Counted from the stretch's first letter, positions 19,922-29,931 are shown. The stretch: DNA of 64,000 nt from an uncultured Chloroflexia bacterium (GCA_963794525.1 CAWCEC010000003.1:124003-188002); one strand, 5' to 3'. The notes: generated from the letters alone by a model not told the origin. Numbers and translations: made by a program.

Positions 19922-21328
19922 ATGACGTCCTCGCAAGCCGTTTCGCCAACAGCCGCCCAGCTCGAAACGTTTCGTCGGTCCTTCGCGGGCGAGGTGATCA
20001 CGCCCGATGCCGCCGGCTACGACGATGCCAGGCGGGTCTGGAACGCGATGTTCGATCGTCGACCGGCCATGGTCGTCCGACCCTCGAGTGTCGCCGACGT
20101 CGTCGCGGCCGTTCGCTTCGGCCGCGAGCTCGATCTCGAGATCGCGGTCCGCGGTGGTGGTCACAGCGCCGTCGGGCACTCGACGACCAACGGCGGCCTG
20201 GTCATCGACCTCGGGCGGATGAACGAGGTCACCGTCGACCCGGCGCAGCGACTCGCTCGCACGGGCGGTGGGGCGCTCCTCGGCAAGCTCGACATCGCGG
20301 CCCAGGAGCACGGGCTCGTCTGCCCGGTCGGAGTCGTCGGCCACACGGGTGTGGCCGGCTTGACGCTCGGTGGCGGCGTCGGGCGGCTCCAGCGGCGGTT
20401 CGGGCTGACGATCGATAGCCTTCGCTCGGTCGAGCTCGTGACCGCCGACGGGCGCCTGGTGCGGGCGAGCGCGGACGAGGAGCCGGAGCTGTTCTGGGGC
20501 CTCCGCGGCGCCGGCGCGAACTTCGGCGTCACGACGAGCCTGGAGCTCGAGCTGCACCCCTTTCCGGGAACGCTCCACCGAGGCGTCCACGTCCACCCGG
20601 CGACTGACATCCAGGAGCTCTGGCCGATCTTCCGCGAGTTCATGGCGACGGCCCCCGAAACCATCGCGGCGATCTTCACCGTCGCCCTCGCAGAGCCGGC
20701 GGCGAACTACCCCAATTCGGTCGCCGGTCGGCCGATCGTCGTCATCTCCTACAACCACAGCGGGGCAGGGGAGGACGCGGAGCGCGACGTCGCGCCATTG
20801 CTAAAGGGCCCGGCACCAGCCTCGAAGACCGCCACCAGCGAGGAGTACCTGGTCGCCCAGCGTTCGAGCGACCTCGACCTGGCATGGGGCTCCCGGACCG
20901 CCATCCTCGGTGGCTACGTCGCGGATTGTTCGCCGGCCGTGCTGGATGCGTTCGTCGGGCACGTGGAGCACGTGCCGGGCGACAGCAGCATCTCGGTAAC
21001 GGCGATGGGCGGCGCGATCGCTCGCGTGGCGGACGACGCGATGGCATTCACCGGCCGTCCCCACCCCTTCGACGTCAGCCCCGACACGGCCTGGTCCGAT
21101 CCGGCCCTCGACGAGGCGAACATGGAATGGGCACGGCGGGCGATGGCGATCATCGAGCCAGACATGCTTCCCGGCCGCTACATCAACGAGTTGTCCGATG
21201 CGGGTCCCGAGATCACGCGATCCAGCTACGGCGACGCCAAGCTGGAGCGATTACAGACGCTCAAGCGAGCCTGGGACCCGACCAACGTCTTCCACCTGAA
21301 CCACAACGTCGAGCCCGCCGGCGGCTGA
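19922..21328 (+). CDS. FAD-binding oxidoreductase (FAD_binding_4 / berberine-bridge-enzyme-like)
   Basis: RPSSVADVVAAVRFGRE, GGGHS and a C-terminal BBE-like tail LKRAWDPTNVFHLNHNV. Confidence 0.85.
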   Translation: MTSSQAVSPTAAQLETFRRSFAGEVITPDAAGYDDARRVWNAMFDRRPAMVVRPSSVADVVAAVRFGRELDLEIAVRGGGHSAVGHSTTNGGLVIDLGRMNEVTVDPAQRLARTGGGALLGKLDIAAQEHGLVCPVGVVGHTGVAGLTLGGGVGRLQRRFGLTIDSLRSVELVTADGRLVRASADEEPELFWGLRGAGANFGVTTSLELELHPFPGTLHRGVHVHPATDIQELWPIFREFMATAPETIAAIFTVALAEPAANYPNSVAGRPIVVISYNHSGAGEDAERDVAPLLKGPAPASKTATSEEYLVAQRSSDLDLAWGSRTAILGGYVADCSPAVLDAFVGHVEHVPGDSSISVTAMGGAIARVADDAMAFTGRPHPFDVSPDTAWSDPALDEANMEWARRAMAIIEPDMLPGRYINELSDAGPEITRSSYGDAKLERLQTLKRAWDPTNVFHLNHNVEPAGG

Positions 21329-21330
21329 CA

Positions 21331-21350
21331 CGGTGGGTTGATACTGCCGG
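21331..21350 (+). promoter_or_regulatory. 20-nt motif CGGTGGGTTGATACTGCCGG immediately 5' of the amine-oxidase ATG; copy 1 of a shared motif
   Basis: Near-identical to 27055-27075, CGGTGGGGTCGATACTGCCGG, which is 5' of the acyl-CoA synthetase ATG. The core GATACTGCCGG recurs, inverted, in the palindrome at 26375-26393. Confidence 0.4.
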
Positions 21351-21351
21351 C

Positions 21352-22798
21352 ATGACGATGCCGGCCGACCCTGAGCACCACGCGGAGCTCGATGTTGCGA
21401 TCGTGGGAGCGGGCGCGGCCGGAACGTACCTCGGCTATCGGCTGATCCGGGCCCGTCCGGACTGGCGGATCGCGATCTTCGAGCGGTCGACCCGGATCGG
21501 CGGCCGCCTCTGGAGTGTGAAGGTCGACGGGCTCGCGCACCCGATCGAGCTCGGGGGCATGCGCTACATGTCCGGGCATCCGCTGATCCAGTCGATCGTC
21601 GACGAGTTGGGGATCGAAACACGCGCCTTCGATACCGCCGAGCAACCCGAACGGACCTTCCTGCGTGGCGTGGTGGGTGACAGCCCGGACGATCCTGATG
21701 GCGGGCGTGGCTATGACCTGGCGGCCAAGGAGGCGGGACGGTCGGCGTCCGATCTCATGCGGGCTGCCTTCCTCAGGATCGTGCCGCAGGCCGGCGAGCT
21801 CGACGAGCCGGCCTGGCGTCGACATCGCGCGACGGCGACATTCGGCGGGCGGCCGCTCACGGACTGGTCGATCGAGGAGGCCGTCGCGACGATCCTCAGC
21901 CCGCAGGCCCATCGCTTCGCCACCGACGCGTTCGGCTACGACTCTGGCATCCGCCCCCATAACGCTGGCGACGCGATCCAGTACGTCATGGGCACCGGCT
22001 ATCCGTCGGGTGAGGCGCGCGTTCCCGTCGACGGCATGGACTGGATCCCGCGTGAGCTCGTCAAACAGTTCATGGCGCTCGGGGGGATCGTCGAGCTCGG
22101 CCACGACCTGCTTCGGGTCGATCCAGAGGAGAGGAGCGTCCTTCTCGGCTTCGCCGACGGCTCAGGCGTCCGGGCGCGAAGGCTTGTCCTCACGCTCCCG
22201 ATCCCCGCCCTCGAGGCACTGGCCGATGGCTCGCCACTCATCAACGGTCCGACATGGCGACGGCTGTACAGGTCGATCGCGGGCTACCCGGCGACGAAGC
22301 TGTACTGCTGGTACGACCGGCCCTGGTGGCGCGACGGCAAAGACGCCCCCACCGGCCTCCGGACGACGACAGACTTGCCGCCCCGCAAGATCTTCTACTT
22401 CGACGAGGGGCCCGATCGACCCGCCGCGATGCTCGCCGCCTTCACCGACTTTCGGCACAACGAGCCGATCGTCGCCCTGGCCGAGAGCCCGGGTGGCGGA
22501 GCACCGGCTCCAGGGCCGCTCCTGGAGGCGCTCCGGGGCTGGCTGCGCCCATCCGGGCGCGGAGGTCCCCACTCTGCCCCTCGGCTCCGCGTTCCAACAC
22601 TGGGGCGCCGACCCGCGGGAGGTCGCATGGCACTTCTGGCGGCAGGGCAGCAACTCCGACGAGATGATCGACCTCGCCGCGCAGCCAGACCCATCCCTGC
22701 CGATCCACCTGTGCGGCGAAGTGTTCTCGCGCCGCGGCGCTTGGGTGGAGGGCGCCCTCGAGACGGCGAAGGCTGTCGCCGACCGCGTCGTGGGCTGA
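21352..22798 (+). pseudogene. flavin-containing amine oxidase (NAD(P)/FAD-binding), single frameshift near 22535-22545
   Basis: Dinucleotide-binding fold DVAIVGAGAAGTY. The C-terminal tail GEVFSRRGAWVEGALETAKAVADRV lies in frame 2. Removing one C from a CCC run restores LRGWLRHPGAEVP. Confidence 0.7.
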
Positions 22799-23243
22799 GG
22801 TCTGCCTCGAGCCCAACGTCTTTGCGGCTTCGCGGCGAATGCCGGACTTCGGGCCGAAATTGCGGCTCGTCATGACGAACTGCGATCGCCCCGAGAACAT
22901 CGGGCCTGCTCATCGGAATCGGCCATCTTGAGGGCGCCGTACCCGAGGCCAGGGGCAGTCCTCGCCCCCCTCATGCGTCCGATCGACATCCTTTCTGGGC
23001 AGGGCTTATGTCGTCCGACCAACGCGACCGGCGGAGATTGAACCGAATCACTTCCCGCGACGCCTAGTCGATGAGGGGTCCACACCATGGACCAGCGTGT
23101 GCCGCGCCTGTTGCCGGCGCGGACGCTGAAGGGAGGGACGCGGATTGACCGATCTCGATCAGCCGTCGAGGGGCTGATCCGGGCTCTCGACACGCACGGG
23201 CGCTCGGTGATGACAACGAAGCACTGGTTCGAGGAAATACGTC

Positions 23244-24554
23244 ATGACGCACTATCGGCAGCGCTCGAGGGGCAGGCGCTGGCTTTCGATGCCCATGGCG
23301 ATCGCGCTGATCGCCATCTCACTGCTGATCCCGGCCACATCCGTCTCGGCCCGCGAGCCGACCGACATGGTCCTCGAGTGGAACATCAATGCGATCAACG
23401 CGATCGGCAACCCCGCGGACGCGACTCCGCCCGGCCTCGGTCAGCCACCCCCGCTTGCGCCGATCCACCTCGCGATGGTCCACGGCGCGATCTACGACGC
23501 CGTGATGGCGATCGTCGACACCCACGAGGAGTATCTGGACGGTCTCAACGCACGGAGGTCGTCCTCCCAGCCGGCCGCCGTCGCGGCTGCGGCGCACGGA
23601 GTGCTCGTTGGCCTCACGTCTGGGTCGCCGACGGTCAAGGCCAGCGTCGACAGCCTCTATGCCGCGTCCCTTGCGAAGATTCGCAACGGAACGGCCAAGC
23701 AGCGGGGGATCACCGTCGGCAAGGCCGCAGCGGCGGCGATGCTCGCCAACCGCGTTGGTGACGGCCGCTTTGGAACGTACGCGTTCGCAGTTGGCACGCA
23801 GCCGGGCGAATGGCGCCCCGTGCCGCCGGCCAACGCAAACACCTTCGGATGGATCAGCCTCGTCAAGCCGTTCACGCTGCGCCGAGCGGACCAATACCGG
23901 ATCGGGGCGCCATATCCCCTCACCAGTGCCGCCTACGCCAGGGAATTCAATGAGGTCAAGAGGCTCGGTGGGGCGACCTCTGTCCGGACACCCGAGCAGG
24001 CCCGGATCGCCAGCTGGGCGTCGGTCAATCCCTTCAGCATGGTCAACCGGGGGCTCCGGGACATCGCCACCAAGCGGCACCTCTCGACGAGCCAGCAGGC
24101 ACGACTGTTCGTGATGACGAGCATGTCGACGGCTGACTCCCTGATCGCCTGTTGGGAAAACAAGGATCACTGGCACTTCTGGCGACCGCAGACCGCGATC
24201 CAACTAGCAGATACAGACGGGAACCCGGCCACCGTGGCCGATCCCACCTGGACGTCGCTGATCGGAAACCCGGGCTACCCGGACCCGCCTTCAGGCTTCA
24301 ACTGCCTGGTGTCCGGGGCGATGAACGCCGCTCGCGCGTACTTCCGGACGGACAGGATGAAGTTCAGTCTCACAAGCGTAGGGGCCGCGCCCGTCACACG
24401 GAACTACACCCGATTCAGTGGCCCCATCAAGGACGCGATCGAGGGTCGCATCCTCGTCGGCATCCATTTCCGACGAGCTGATGTCCAGGGAGCCTGGCTC
24501 GGCGGGAAGGTCGCAAGATACCTCTCGACACATTACTTCGAGCGAGAAGACTGA
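23244..24554 (+). CDS. secreted PAP2-superfamily / vanadium-dependent haloperoxidase-like protein
   Basis: Signal peptide with an RR motif. Family resemblance in WHFWRPQTAI and RILVGIHFRRAD. Confidence 0.6.
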   Translation: MTHYRQRSRGRRWLSMPMAIALIAISLLIPATSVSAREPTDMVLEWNINAINAIGNPADATPPGLGQPPPLAPIHLAMVHGAIYDAVMAIVDTHEEYLDGLNARRSSSQPAAVAAAAHGVLVGLTSGSPTVKASVDSLYAASLAKIRNGTAKQRGITVGKAAAAAMLANRVGDGRFGTYAFAVGTQPGEWRPVPPANANTFGWISLVKPFTLRRADQYRIGAPYPLTSAAYAREFNEVKRLGGATSVRTPEQARIASWASVNPFSMVNRGLRDIATKRHLSTSQQARLFVMTSMSTADSLIACWENKDHWHFWRPQTAIQLADTDGNPATVADPTWTSLIGNPGYPDPPSGFNCLVSGAMNAARAYFRTDRMKFSLTSVGAAPVTRNYTRFSGPIKDAIEGRILVGIHFRRADVQGAWLGGKVARYLSTHYFERED

Positions 24555-24623
24555 CCACCCACCCAACAAACACACGACCCCCGGCCCGTTGGAGTGGGTC
24601 GGGGGTCGCATCCTGTCTGGCCT

Positions 24624-26168
24624 CTACTCCGAGGCGTACTCCCGAAGCTTGCGACTGCGGGACGGGTGTCGGAGCTTGCGCAGTGCGTGCGACTCGATCT
24701 GCCGGATCCGCTCACGCGTCAGGCCGAACTCCTGGCCGACCTCCTCGAGCGTCCGTGGACGCCCGTCGTCGAGGCCGAACCGCAGCCGGAGGACATGTTC
24801 CTCGCGGCCGTCGAGGCTGTCGAGCACGTGGTCGAGCTGCTCCTTGAGCAGCTGGTTCGTGGCAGCCTCCACCGGCGAAATGGCCGTCTCGTCCTCGATC
24901 AGGGCACCGAGCTCGGTATCGCCGTCCTCGCCGATCGGCGTCTCGAGCGAGATCGGCGTCCGACCGTAGCGCTTGACCTCTTCGACGCGTTCGGGCGTGA
25001 TGGTCCAGCGCGGATCCTCGGACAGGGTCGCGGCGATCTCAGCGGCCGTGGGCTCGCGCCCGAGCTGGACCGTCAGCTCGCGCGTCGTCCGGGTCACGCG
25101 CTGCATCGTCTCGACCATATGGACCGGGACGCGGATCGTCCGCGACTGGTCGGCGACGCCGCGCTGGATCGCCTGGCGGATCCACCACGTCGCGTACGTC
25201 GAGAACTTGAAGCCGCGCTGCCACTCGAACTTGTCGACGGCACGCATCAGCCCGGCGTTGCCCTCCTGGATCAGGTCCAGGAAGCCGAGGCCGCGGTTCA
25301 TGTACTTCTTGGCATTGGCGACGACGAGTCGCAGGTTGGCCGAGATCATGTGATCCCGGGCGACCTTCGCCTGGTCGATGAGGGTGCCGCTCGCCTCGCC
25401 ATCTGTCTCGGGTCGGTATCCCAGGGTCCCGAGACCGTCGGCGTCGTGACCAACCTCGACCCAGCGACGGAGCGCGGGGATGGCGACCTCGTCGCGCGCC
25501 CAAGCGAGCATCGCGCTGAGACTCTTCTCGTCCCGGAATGCCGGGCGCCGGCCGACCGCGTGCGCCCAATCGAGCAGCGCGAGGAACGCATCGACGTCGA
25601 GTCGCTCGTTGTAGACCGCCCGAAGCGCACGGCCGCGCTCCAGGAGCTCGGCCGAAGGGCCGCCCTGAGCTGAGCGGATCGCCTCGGTGAAGCCGAAGCG
25701 GGGTGCTGTGGTGAGCAGATCGCCCGCCGACTCGTCCGCGAGCGCGGTACGCACGATCCGATGAGCCTCTGCGCCGAACGGCAGGGCGTACAGCGGATGC
25801 TTGGCGCGCGCGGTCACTTCCGTGTCGTGGAGCGTCCACTCATGAAGGTCGAGGATGGCCGTCCAGGGCTCGGTCCGGATCCGGACACCGAGCTCGATGG
25901 CCTTGGCCAAGACGACTTCTTCTTCAGCCGTCAGCAGCGGCACGCGCGCGATCTCGCGGAGGTAGAGGCGCGTCGAGTCCTCGACGTCGAGGGCAGCATC
26001 GTCCGCGATCGCCTCGCCGTCGCGCTCGAGGTCGGGCTTGCTCTGACGTGCGGTCGGGATGTCTACGACGACCGTCTCGCGCTCGATCCGCTCGAGCTCG
26101 GCAGCGGCGACGACCGTATCCGCGGGCTCGGTGTCAGTCAGTTGGGCGTTGTCAGGGATCTGGATCAA
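24624..26168 (-). CDS. RNA polymerase sigma factor, RpoD/sigma-70 family, with a long non-conserved insertion between regions 1.2 and 2
   Basis: Region 1.2 ([17 protein letters not shown]), region 2 ([57 protein letters not shown]) and region 4 ([29 protein letters not shown]). Confidence 0.85.
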   Translation of the reverse strand: MIQIPDNAQLTDTEPADTVVAAAELERIERETVVVDIPTARQSKPDLERDGEAIADDAALDVEDSTRLYLREIARVPLLTAEEEVVLAKAIELGVRIRTEPWTAILDLHEWTLHDTEVTARAKHPLYALPFGAEAHRIVRTALADESAGDLLTTAPRFGFTEAIRSAQGGPSAELLERGRALRAVYNERLDVDAFLALLDWAHAVGRRPAFRDEKSLSAMLAWARDEVAIPALRRWVEVGHDADGLGTLGYRPETDGEASGTLIDQAKVARDHMISANLRLVVANAKKYMNRGLGFLDLIQEGNAGLMRAVDKFEWQRGFKFSTYATWWIRQAIQRGVADQSRTIRVPVHMVETMQRVTRTTRELTVQLGREPTAAEIAATLSEDPRWTITPERVEEVKRYGRTPISLETPIGEDGDTELGALIEDETAISPVEAATNQLLKEQLDHVLDSLDGREEHVLRLRFGLDDGRPRTLEEVGQEFGLTRERIRQIESHALRKLRHPSRSRKLREYASE

Positions 26169-26301
26169 GGGTTCTCCGCGTGCAGACGATCACGCGTGGC
26201 GACGCGTCATCGCCCGATGATGGATTTCGGGCCGGGCCGATCCCATCCGCCATCGGGTTCGGCTCTCGTGCCGGCTCCGCCAAGTGCCGGACACAGTTGC
26301 T

Positions 26302-26324
26302 GGCGTGTCAAGTCTTGACACGCC
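26302..26324. promoter_or_regulatory. perfect 11-1-11 inverted repeat GGCGTGTCAAG-T-CTTGACACGCC in the divergent region between the sigma-factor gene and the PPOX/acs operon; candidate operator
   Basis: Read directly. A 1-nt spacer rules out an RNA hairpin, which points to a dimeric DNA-binding protein site. Confidence 0.45.
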
Positions 26325-26351
26325 CGCGTAGACAACATCCTAGCAGAAACC

Positions 26352-26393
26352 GGTTGCTTTGGCAACCTCAATTCGATACTCCCCGGCAGTATC
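26352..26393. promoter_or_regulatory. two further palindromes: GGTTGC-TTTG-GCAACC (26352-26367) and GATACTCCCCGGCAGTATC (26375-26393); the second contains the GATACTGCCGG motif
   Basis: Read directly; they lie 40-80 bp upstream of the PPOX start codon. Confidence 0.4.
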
Positions 26394-26435
26394 TCCTGTG
26401 ACATCGTTGGGCCACACCCTCGAAGGAGGAAGGCG

Positions 26436-26993
26436 ATGTCGCAGGAACGAACACCGGAACGCGAGCAGTCGATGCTGGGCGACAAGTCCGGTACGACGGC
26501 CTGGGAGATGGCGCGGAAACGTCTTGCCGATCCCGAGCACCAGCGGACCAGCTGGCTCGCGACGACGCACCCCGACGGTAGACCGCACCTCATGCCGGTG
26601 ATCACGACGTGGATCGATGGTGCGCTCCACCTCGTCGTAGGGGAGGGGACGCGAAAAGGGCGGAATCTCGCCGCCGATGATCGATGCGTCATCGCCATGA
26701 GCAGCACCACACTCCCATCCCTCGACATCGTCATCGAGGGCCGCGCCGAGCCCGTGACTGAGGACGAAGCCGTTCGAAAGATCGCCGAGGACCTCTCCAA
26801 GAGCGGTTGGCCACTCGAGGCGAAAGGGAGCAAGGTCGACGGTCCCAACGCACCGACCGCCGGCCCACCGCCGTACACGATCTTCCGGATCGTGCCGTCG
26901 AAGGCATTCGGACTCCCCGGCATGTACGGGATGGACCAGTTCGAGCAGTCAGAACTGCCGAAACCGACCCGCTGGGAGTTCGATAACGGCTGA
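26436..26993 (+). CDS. pyridoxamine 5'-phosphate oxidase (PPOX) family protein, split-barrel, possibly F420/FMN-dependent
   Basis: Strong RBS GAAGGAGGAAGG. Motif WLATTHPDGRPHLMPV. Confidence 0.7.
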   Translation: MSQERTPEREQSMLGDKSGTTAWEMARKRLADPEHQRTSWLATTHPDGRPHLMPVITTWIDGALHLVVGEGTRKGRNLAADDRCVIAMSSTTLPSLDIVIEGRAEPVTEDEAVRKIAEDLSKSGWPLEAKGSKVDGPNAPTAGPPPYTIFRIVPSKAFGLPGMYGMDQFEQSELPKPTRWEFDNG

Positions 26994-27054
26994 CTACGGG
27001 AGCTCGGGTCGTCCGACCGAAGCGCCGGTACGCGCGTGGCTGGACGCTGACCCG

Positions 27055-27075
27055 CGGTGGGGTCGATACTGCCGG
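27055..27075 (+). promoter_or_regulatory. copy 2 of the CGGTGGG-N-T-N-GATACTGCCGG motif, 4 nt before the acyl-CoA synthetase start
   Basis: See copy 1. Confidence 0.4.
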
Positions 27076-27079
27076 TCCG

Positions 27080-28999
27080 ATGACGGAACGCCCGGACGAT
27101 GACGCTCGCCGGCGCTACGACGAGCTCTACCGCCGGTCCCTGGACGACGGCGAAGCGTTCTGGCTCGAGGCCGCGCGCCGCCTCGACTGGACGACACCGC
27201 CACAGCGCGCCCTCGAACTGCGCGAACCGCCGACCTTCGCCTGGTACCCGGGCGGACGGACGAACCTTTCGACCAATGCGCTGGACCGACATGTCGATGC
27301 TGGACATGGCGATGCCACGGCACTCATCGCGCTCGACGAACGCGGCGGCCGCCGGTCGCTGACCTACCGCGAGTTGCTCGCGGAGGTCGAGCGGGTTGCC
27401 GCCGGCCTACGTGGTCTCGGCATAGGAAAGGGTGACCGCCTCACGATCTACATGCCCACGTCCGCCGAAGCGATCATCGCGATGCTTGCCACGGTCCGCA
27501 TCGGGGCGATCCACTGCGTGGTCTTCGCGGGCTTCGGGGCGGGAGCGCTCGGCGACCGGATCCGGGCCAGTGGATCACGACTCGTCCTCGCGACGGACGT
27601 CACGTATCGGAAAGGCAAGGCTGTCGACCTGCTCGCGATCGTTGACGATGCGCTCGCGGCCGATCGGGGTGACGTCGAGCACGTCGTCGTCATGCGCCGT
27701 GACACCGCCTCACGCCGACCGCGTGAGGGAGAGTTGTCGTGGGAGGAGTTGCTAGGCGCCGGCGTCGGACGGGATGGCCGCGTCGAGGACACCGCCGCCG
27801 AGGATCCGGCGTTCATCCTCGCGACGTCCGGCACGACCGCGAAGCCCAAGCTCGCGGTCCATACGCACGGCGGCTACGGCGTGCACATCGCCTCGATGGG
27901 TGATTGGGTGTTCGGGCTGCGCGATGGCGAGAGGTGGTGGTCGACCTCTGATATCGGGTGGGTCGTGGGCCACAGCTACATCGTCTACGCGCCTCTCATG
28001 GCCGGCGCCGCCACCATCGCTTGGGAAGGCGCATTGGACCATCCGGACGCCGACAACCCGTGGTCGATCATCGAGCGCGAGCGCGTCACGGGCGTCTTCT
28101 CCTCGCCGACTGGTATCCGACTCCTCATGCGCTACGGGGAGGACGTCCCGCGCCGCCACGACCTCGACACCCTCGAGCGCATGTTCTCGGCCGGTGAGGT
28201 GCTCAACGCGCCGGCCTGGGAGTGGCTGCAGCGGACCGTGTTCCAGGATCGCGTTCCCGTGATCGACCACATGTGGCAGACAGAGACCGGCGGGCCGATC
28301 TTCGGCAACCCGTACGGGGTCGGTCTGCTGCCGATCAAACCGGGCTCCGCCGGGCTGGCGTTGCCGGGGGTCGAGGCGGATATCGTCGACAGTGACGGAC
28401 GGCCGGTCGGGGCAGGCGAGAAGGGGATCATGCGGATCGTCCGTCCGTTTCCTGGCCTGATCACGACCCTCTGGGGGGAACCTGAGCGCTACGTCGCCGA
28501 TTACTGGGACCGCATCCCGGGCGGCTACTACGTCGGCGACGCGGCCCACATCGACGAGGATGGCTACGTCTGGTTCGCCGGCCGAGCCGACGAGATCATC
28601 AAGATCGCGGATCATCGGATCGGCACGATCGAGGTCGAGACCGCGTTCATGCGCCACCCGGCGGTCGCCGAGGCGGGCGTCACCGGTGTCCCGAACGAGC
28701 TCCGCGGGCAAGTCATCGAAGCGTTCGTGGCGCTCCGCGCCGGTCACGAGCCATCCGAGGCCCTGCGCGAGGAGCTCATCCAGACCGTGCGTCACGAGCT
28801 CGGGCCGCTCGCCGTGATCGAGCACGTGTCGTTCGTGGCGATCCTGCCGAAGACCCGCAGCGGGAAGATCATGCGCCGCGTGCTGAAGGCCGTCGCGGTC
28901 GACCGCGACCCGGGCGATATCAGCACGATCGAAGACGAGGGCTCGGTCGACGAGGCGCGGCGTGCCGTCGAGGAGCTTCGCTCCGGCCTCGTGTCGTGA
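27080..28999 (+). CDS. AMP-forming acyl-CoA synthetase, acetyl-CoA synthetase-like (Acs family)
   Basis: AMP-binding motif TSGTTAKPK and a C-terminal SGKIMRRVLKAV. Confidence 0.85.
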   Translation: MTERPDDDARRRYDELYRRSLDDGEAFWLEAARRLDWTTPPQRALELREPPTFAWYPGGRTNLSTNALDRHVDAGHGDATALIALDERGGRRSLTYRELLAEVERVAAGLRGLGIGKGDRLTIYMPTSAEAIIAMLATVRIGAIHCVVFAGFGAGALGDRIRASGSRLVLATDVTYRKGKAVDLLAIVDDALAADRGDVEHVVVMRRDTASRRPREGELSWEELLGAGVGRDGRVEDTAAEDPAFILATSGTTAKPKLAVHTHGGYGVHIASMGDWVFGLRDGERWWSTSDIGWVVGHSYIVYAPLMAGAATIAWEGALDHPDADNPWSIIERERVTGVFSSPTGIRLLMRYGEDVPRRHDLDTLERMFSAGEVLNAPAWEWLQRTVFQDRVPVIDHMWQTETGGPIFGNPYGVGLLPIKPGSAGLALPGVEADIVDSDGRPVGAGEKGIMRIVRPFPGLITTLWGEPERYVADYWDRIPGGYYVGDAAHIDEDGYVWFAGRADEIIKIADHRIGTIEVETAFMRHPAVAEAGVTGVPNELRGQVIEAFVALRAGHEPSEALREELIQTVRHELGPLAVIEHVSFVAILPKTRSGKIMRRVLKAVAVDRDPGDISTIEDEGSVDEARRAVEELRSGLVS

Positions 29000-29673
29000 C
29001 TGCCGCTGGGCCCGTCGACGCCGTCTTCTTCGACCTGTTCGGGACGCTGCTGTCTCTGGCGCCTCTCGATGACGCCTGCGAACGCCTGGCGCCCGGCCGA
29101 GGCGCGGAGATCGCCGCTCGATGGCGCGCGCGGCAGCTCGAGGCATCGTGGCTGCGCACGGCGATGGATCGGTGGGCCGACTTCGACACCGTCACCCACG
29201 AGGCCCTGGTAACGACGCTCGACGAGCTGGGGATCGCGACGCCCGATGACCAGGACGGGCTGGCCGACGCCTTCGCGGCGCTTCCGCTCATTCCGGACGC
29301 TGCCGACGTCGTCGGACGACTGCACGCCGCCGGGCTGACCACCGGCATCCTGACAAACGCCTCGGCGCGCAGCCTCGACCGCATCTGTGCGCGCCTTGAC
29401 CTGCCGATCGACCATCGCCTGTCGGTCGACCCGGCGCGACGGTTCAAGCCTCACCCCAGCGTCTACCGCCTCGCCGTCGACGCGACCGGGCTCGCGCCGG
29501 AACGCATCGGGTTCGTCACGGCGAACGGTTGGGACGCGGCGGGCGCGGGTGCGTTCGGGTTGCGCGTCGCCTGGCTCCGTGCTGACGGTGCCGCACGACT
29601 GCCTGCAGTCGGCGCGCCCGAACCCGTCATCACGACCTGGCCCGGGATCGCGAGCGTGTTCGTCGCTACTTGA
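28996..29673 (+). CDS. HAD-family hydrolase (haloacid dehalogenase-like)
   Basis: Motif I AVFFDLFGTLLSL; overlaps the synthetase gene by 4 bp. Confidence 0.75.
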   Translation: MTAAGPVDAVFFDLFGTLLSLAPLDDACERLAPGRGAEIAARWRARQLEASWLRTAMDRWADFDTVTHEALVTTLDELGIATPDDQDGLADAFAALPLIPDAADVVGRLHAAGLTTGILTNASARSLDRICARLDLPIDHRLSVDPARRFKPHPSVYRLAVDATGLAPERIGFVTANGWDAAGAGAFGLRVAWLRADGAARLPAVGAPEPVITTWPGIASVFVAT

Positions 29674-29700
29674 CGACGCGGGCCCGCCATAATCCTGGTC

Positions 29701-29931
29701 GTGAGACTCCGACCCAATCCGCCACGCATGGTCACGGTGGTCGTCGCCGTCGCGCTGGCTGTCGTCGGCGCCATCCTGGCGTGGCCGATCGACTCGGTCA
29801 TCGGCGTCCTCGCGCCACTCGACAGCTTCCTGTCGGTGGCCGGGCTGGGGCTCGATCGCGAGACGGGCTTCCTATTCCTGTTGCTGTCCCCGGCGCTCCT
29901 GGTCGTCGGCTCACTCCTGCCGCAGATCTGA
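29701..29931 (+). CDS. small membrane protein
   Basis: 76-aa ORF with two transmembrane segments. Confidence 0.4.
   Translation: MRLRPNPPRMVTVVVAVALAVVGAILAWPIDSVIGVLAPLDSFLSVAGLGLDRETGFLFLLLSPALLVVGSLLPQI

Noticed and set aside
19685-22104. 357-aa and 292-aa minus-strand ORFs
   Set aside because: They are antisense to the FAD oxidase and amine oxidase genes.
22990-23040. Possible tRNA 3' half (GGAGATTGAACCGAATC) in the intergenic region before the PAP2-like gene
   Set aside because: A T-loop-like TTCAATC is present on the reverse strand, but the flanking bases cannot form a 5-bp T-stem or an acceptor stem. It is not a tRNA.
23087-23761. 224-aa plus-strand ORF starting MDQRVPRLLPAR
   Set aside because: Beyond 23244 it overlaps the PAP2-like gene in another frame and becomes Arg-rich. 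The first 50 codons could be a leader peptide, but there is no supporting signal.
26302-26324. Perfect 11-bp-stem inverted repeat as a rho-independent terminator
   Set aside because: The loop would be 1 nt, which an RNA hairpin cannot form. There is no T-tract, and it lies in a divergent promoter region, so it is more likely a protein-binding operator.
24594-29146. Long ORFs at 24594-25673 (+), 26207-27307 (-) and 27752-29146 (-)
   Set aside because: They are antisense to the sigma factor, PPOX and acyl-CoA synthetase genes respectively, and have no family signatures.
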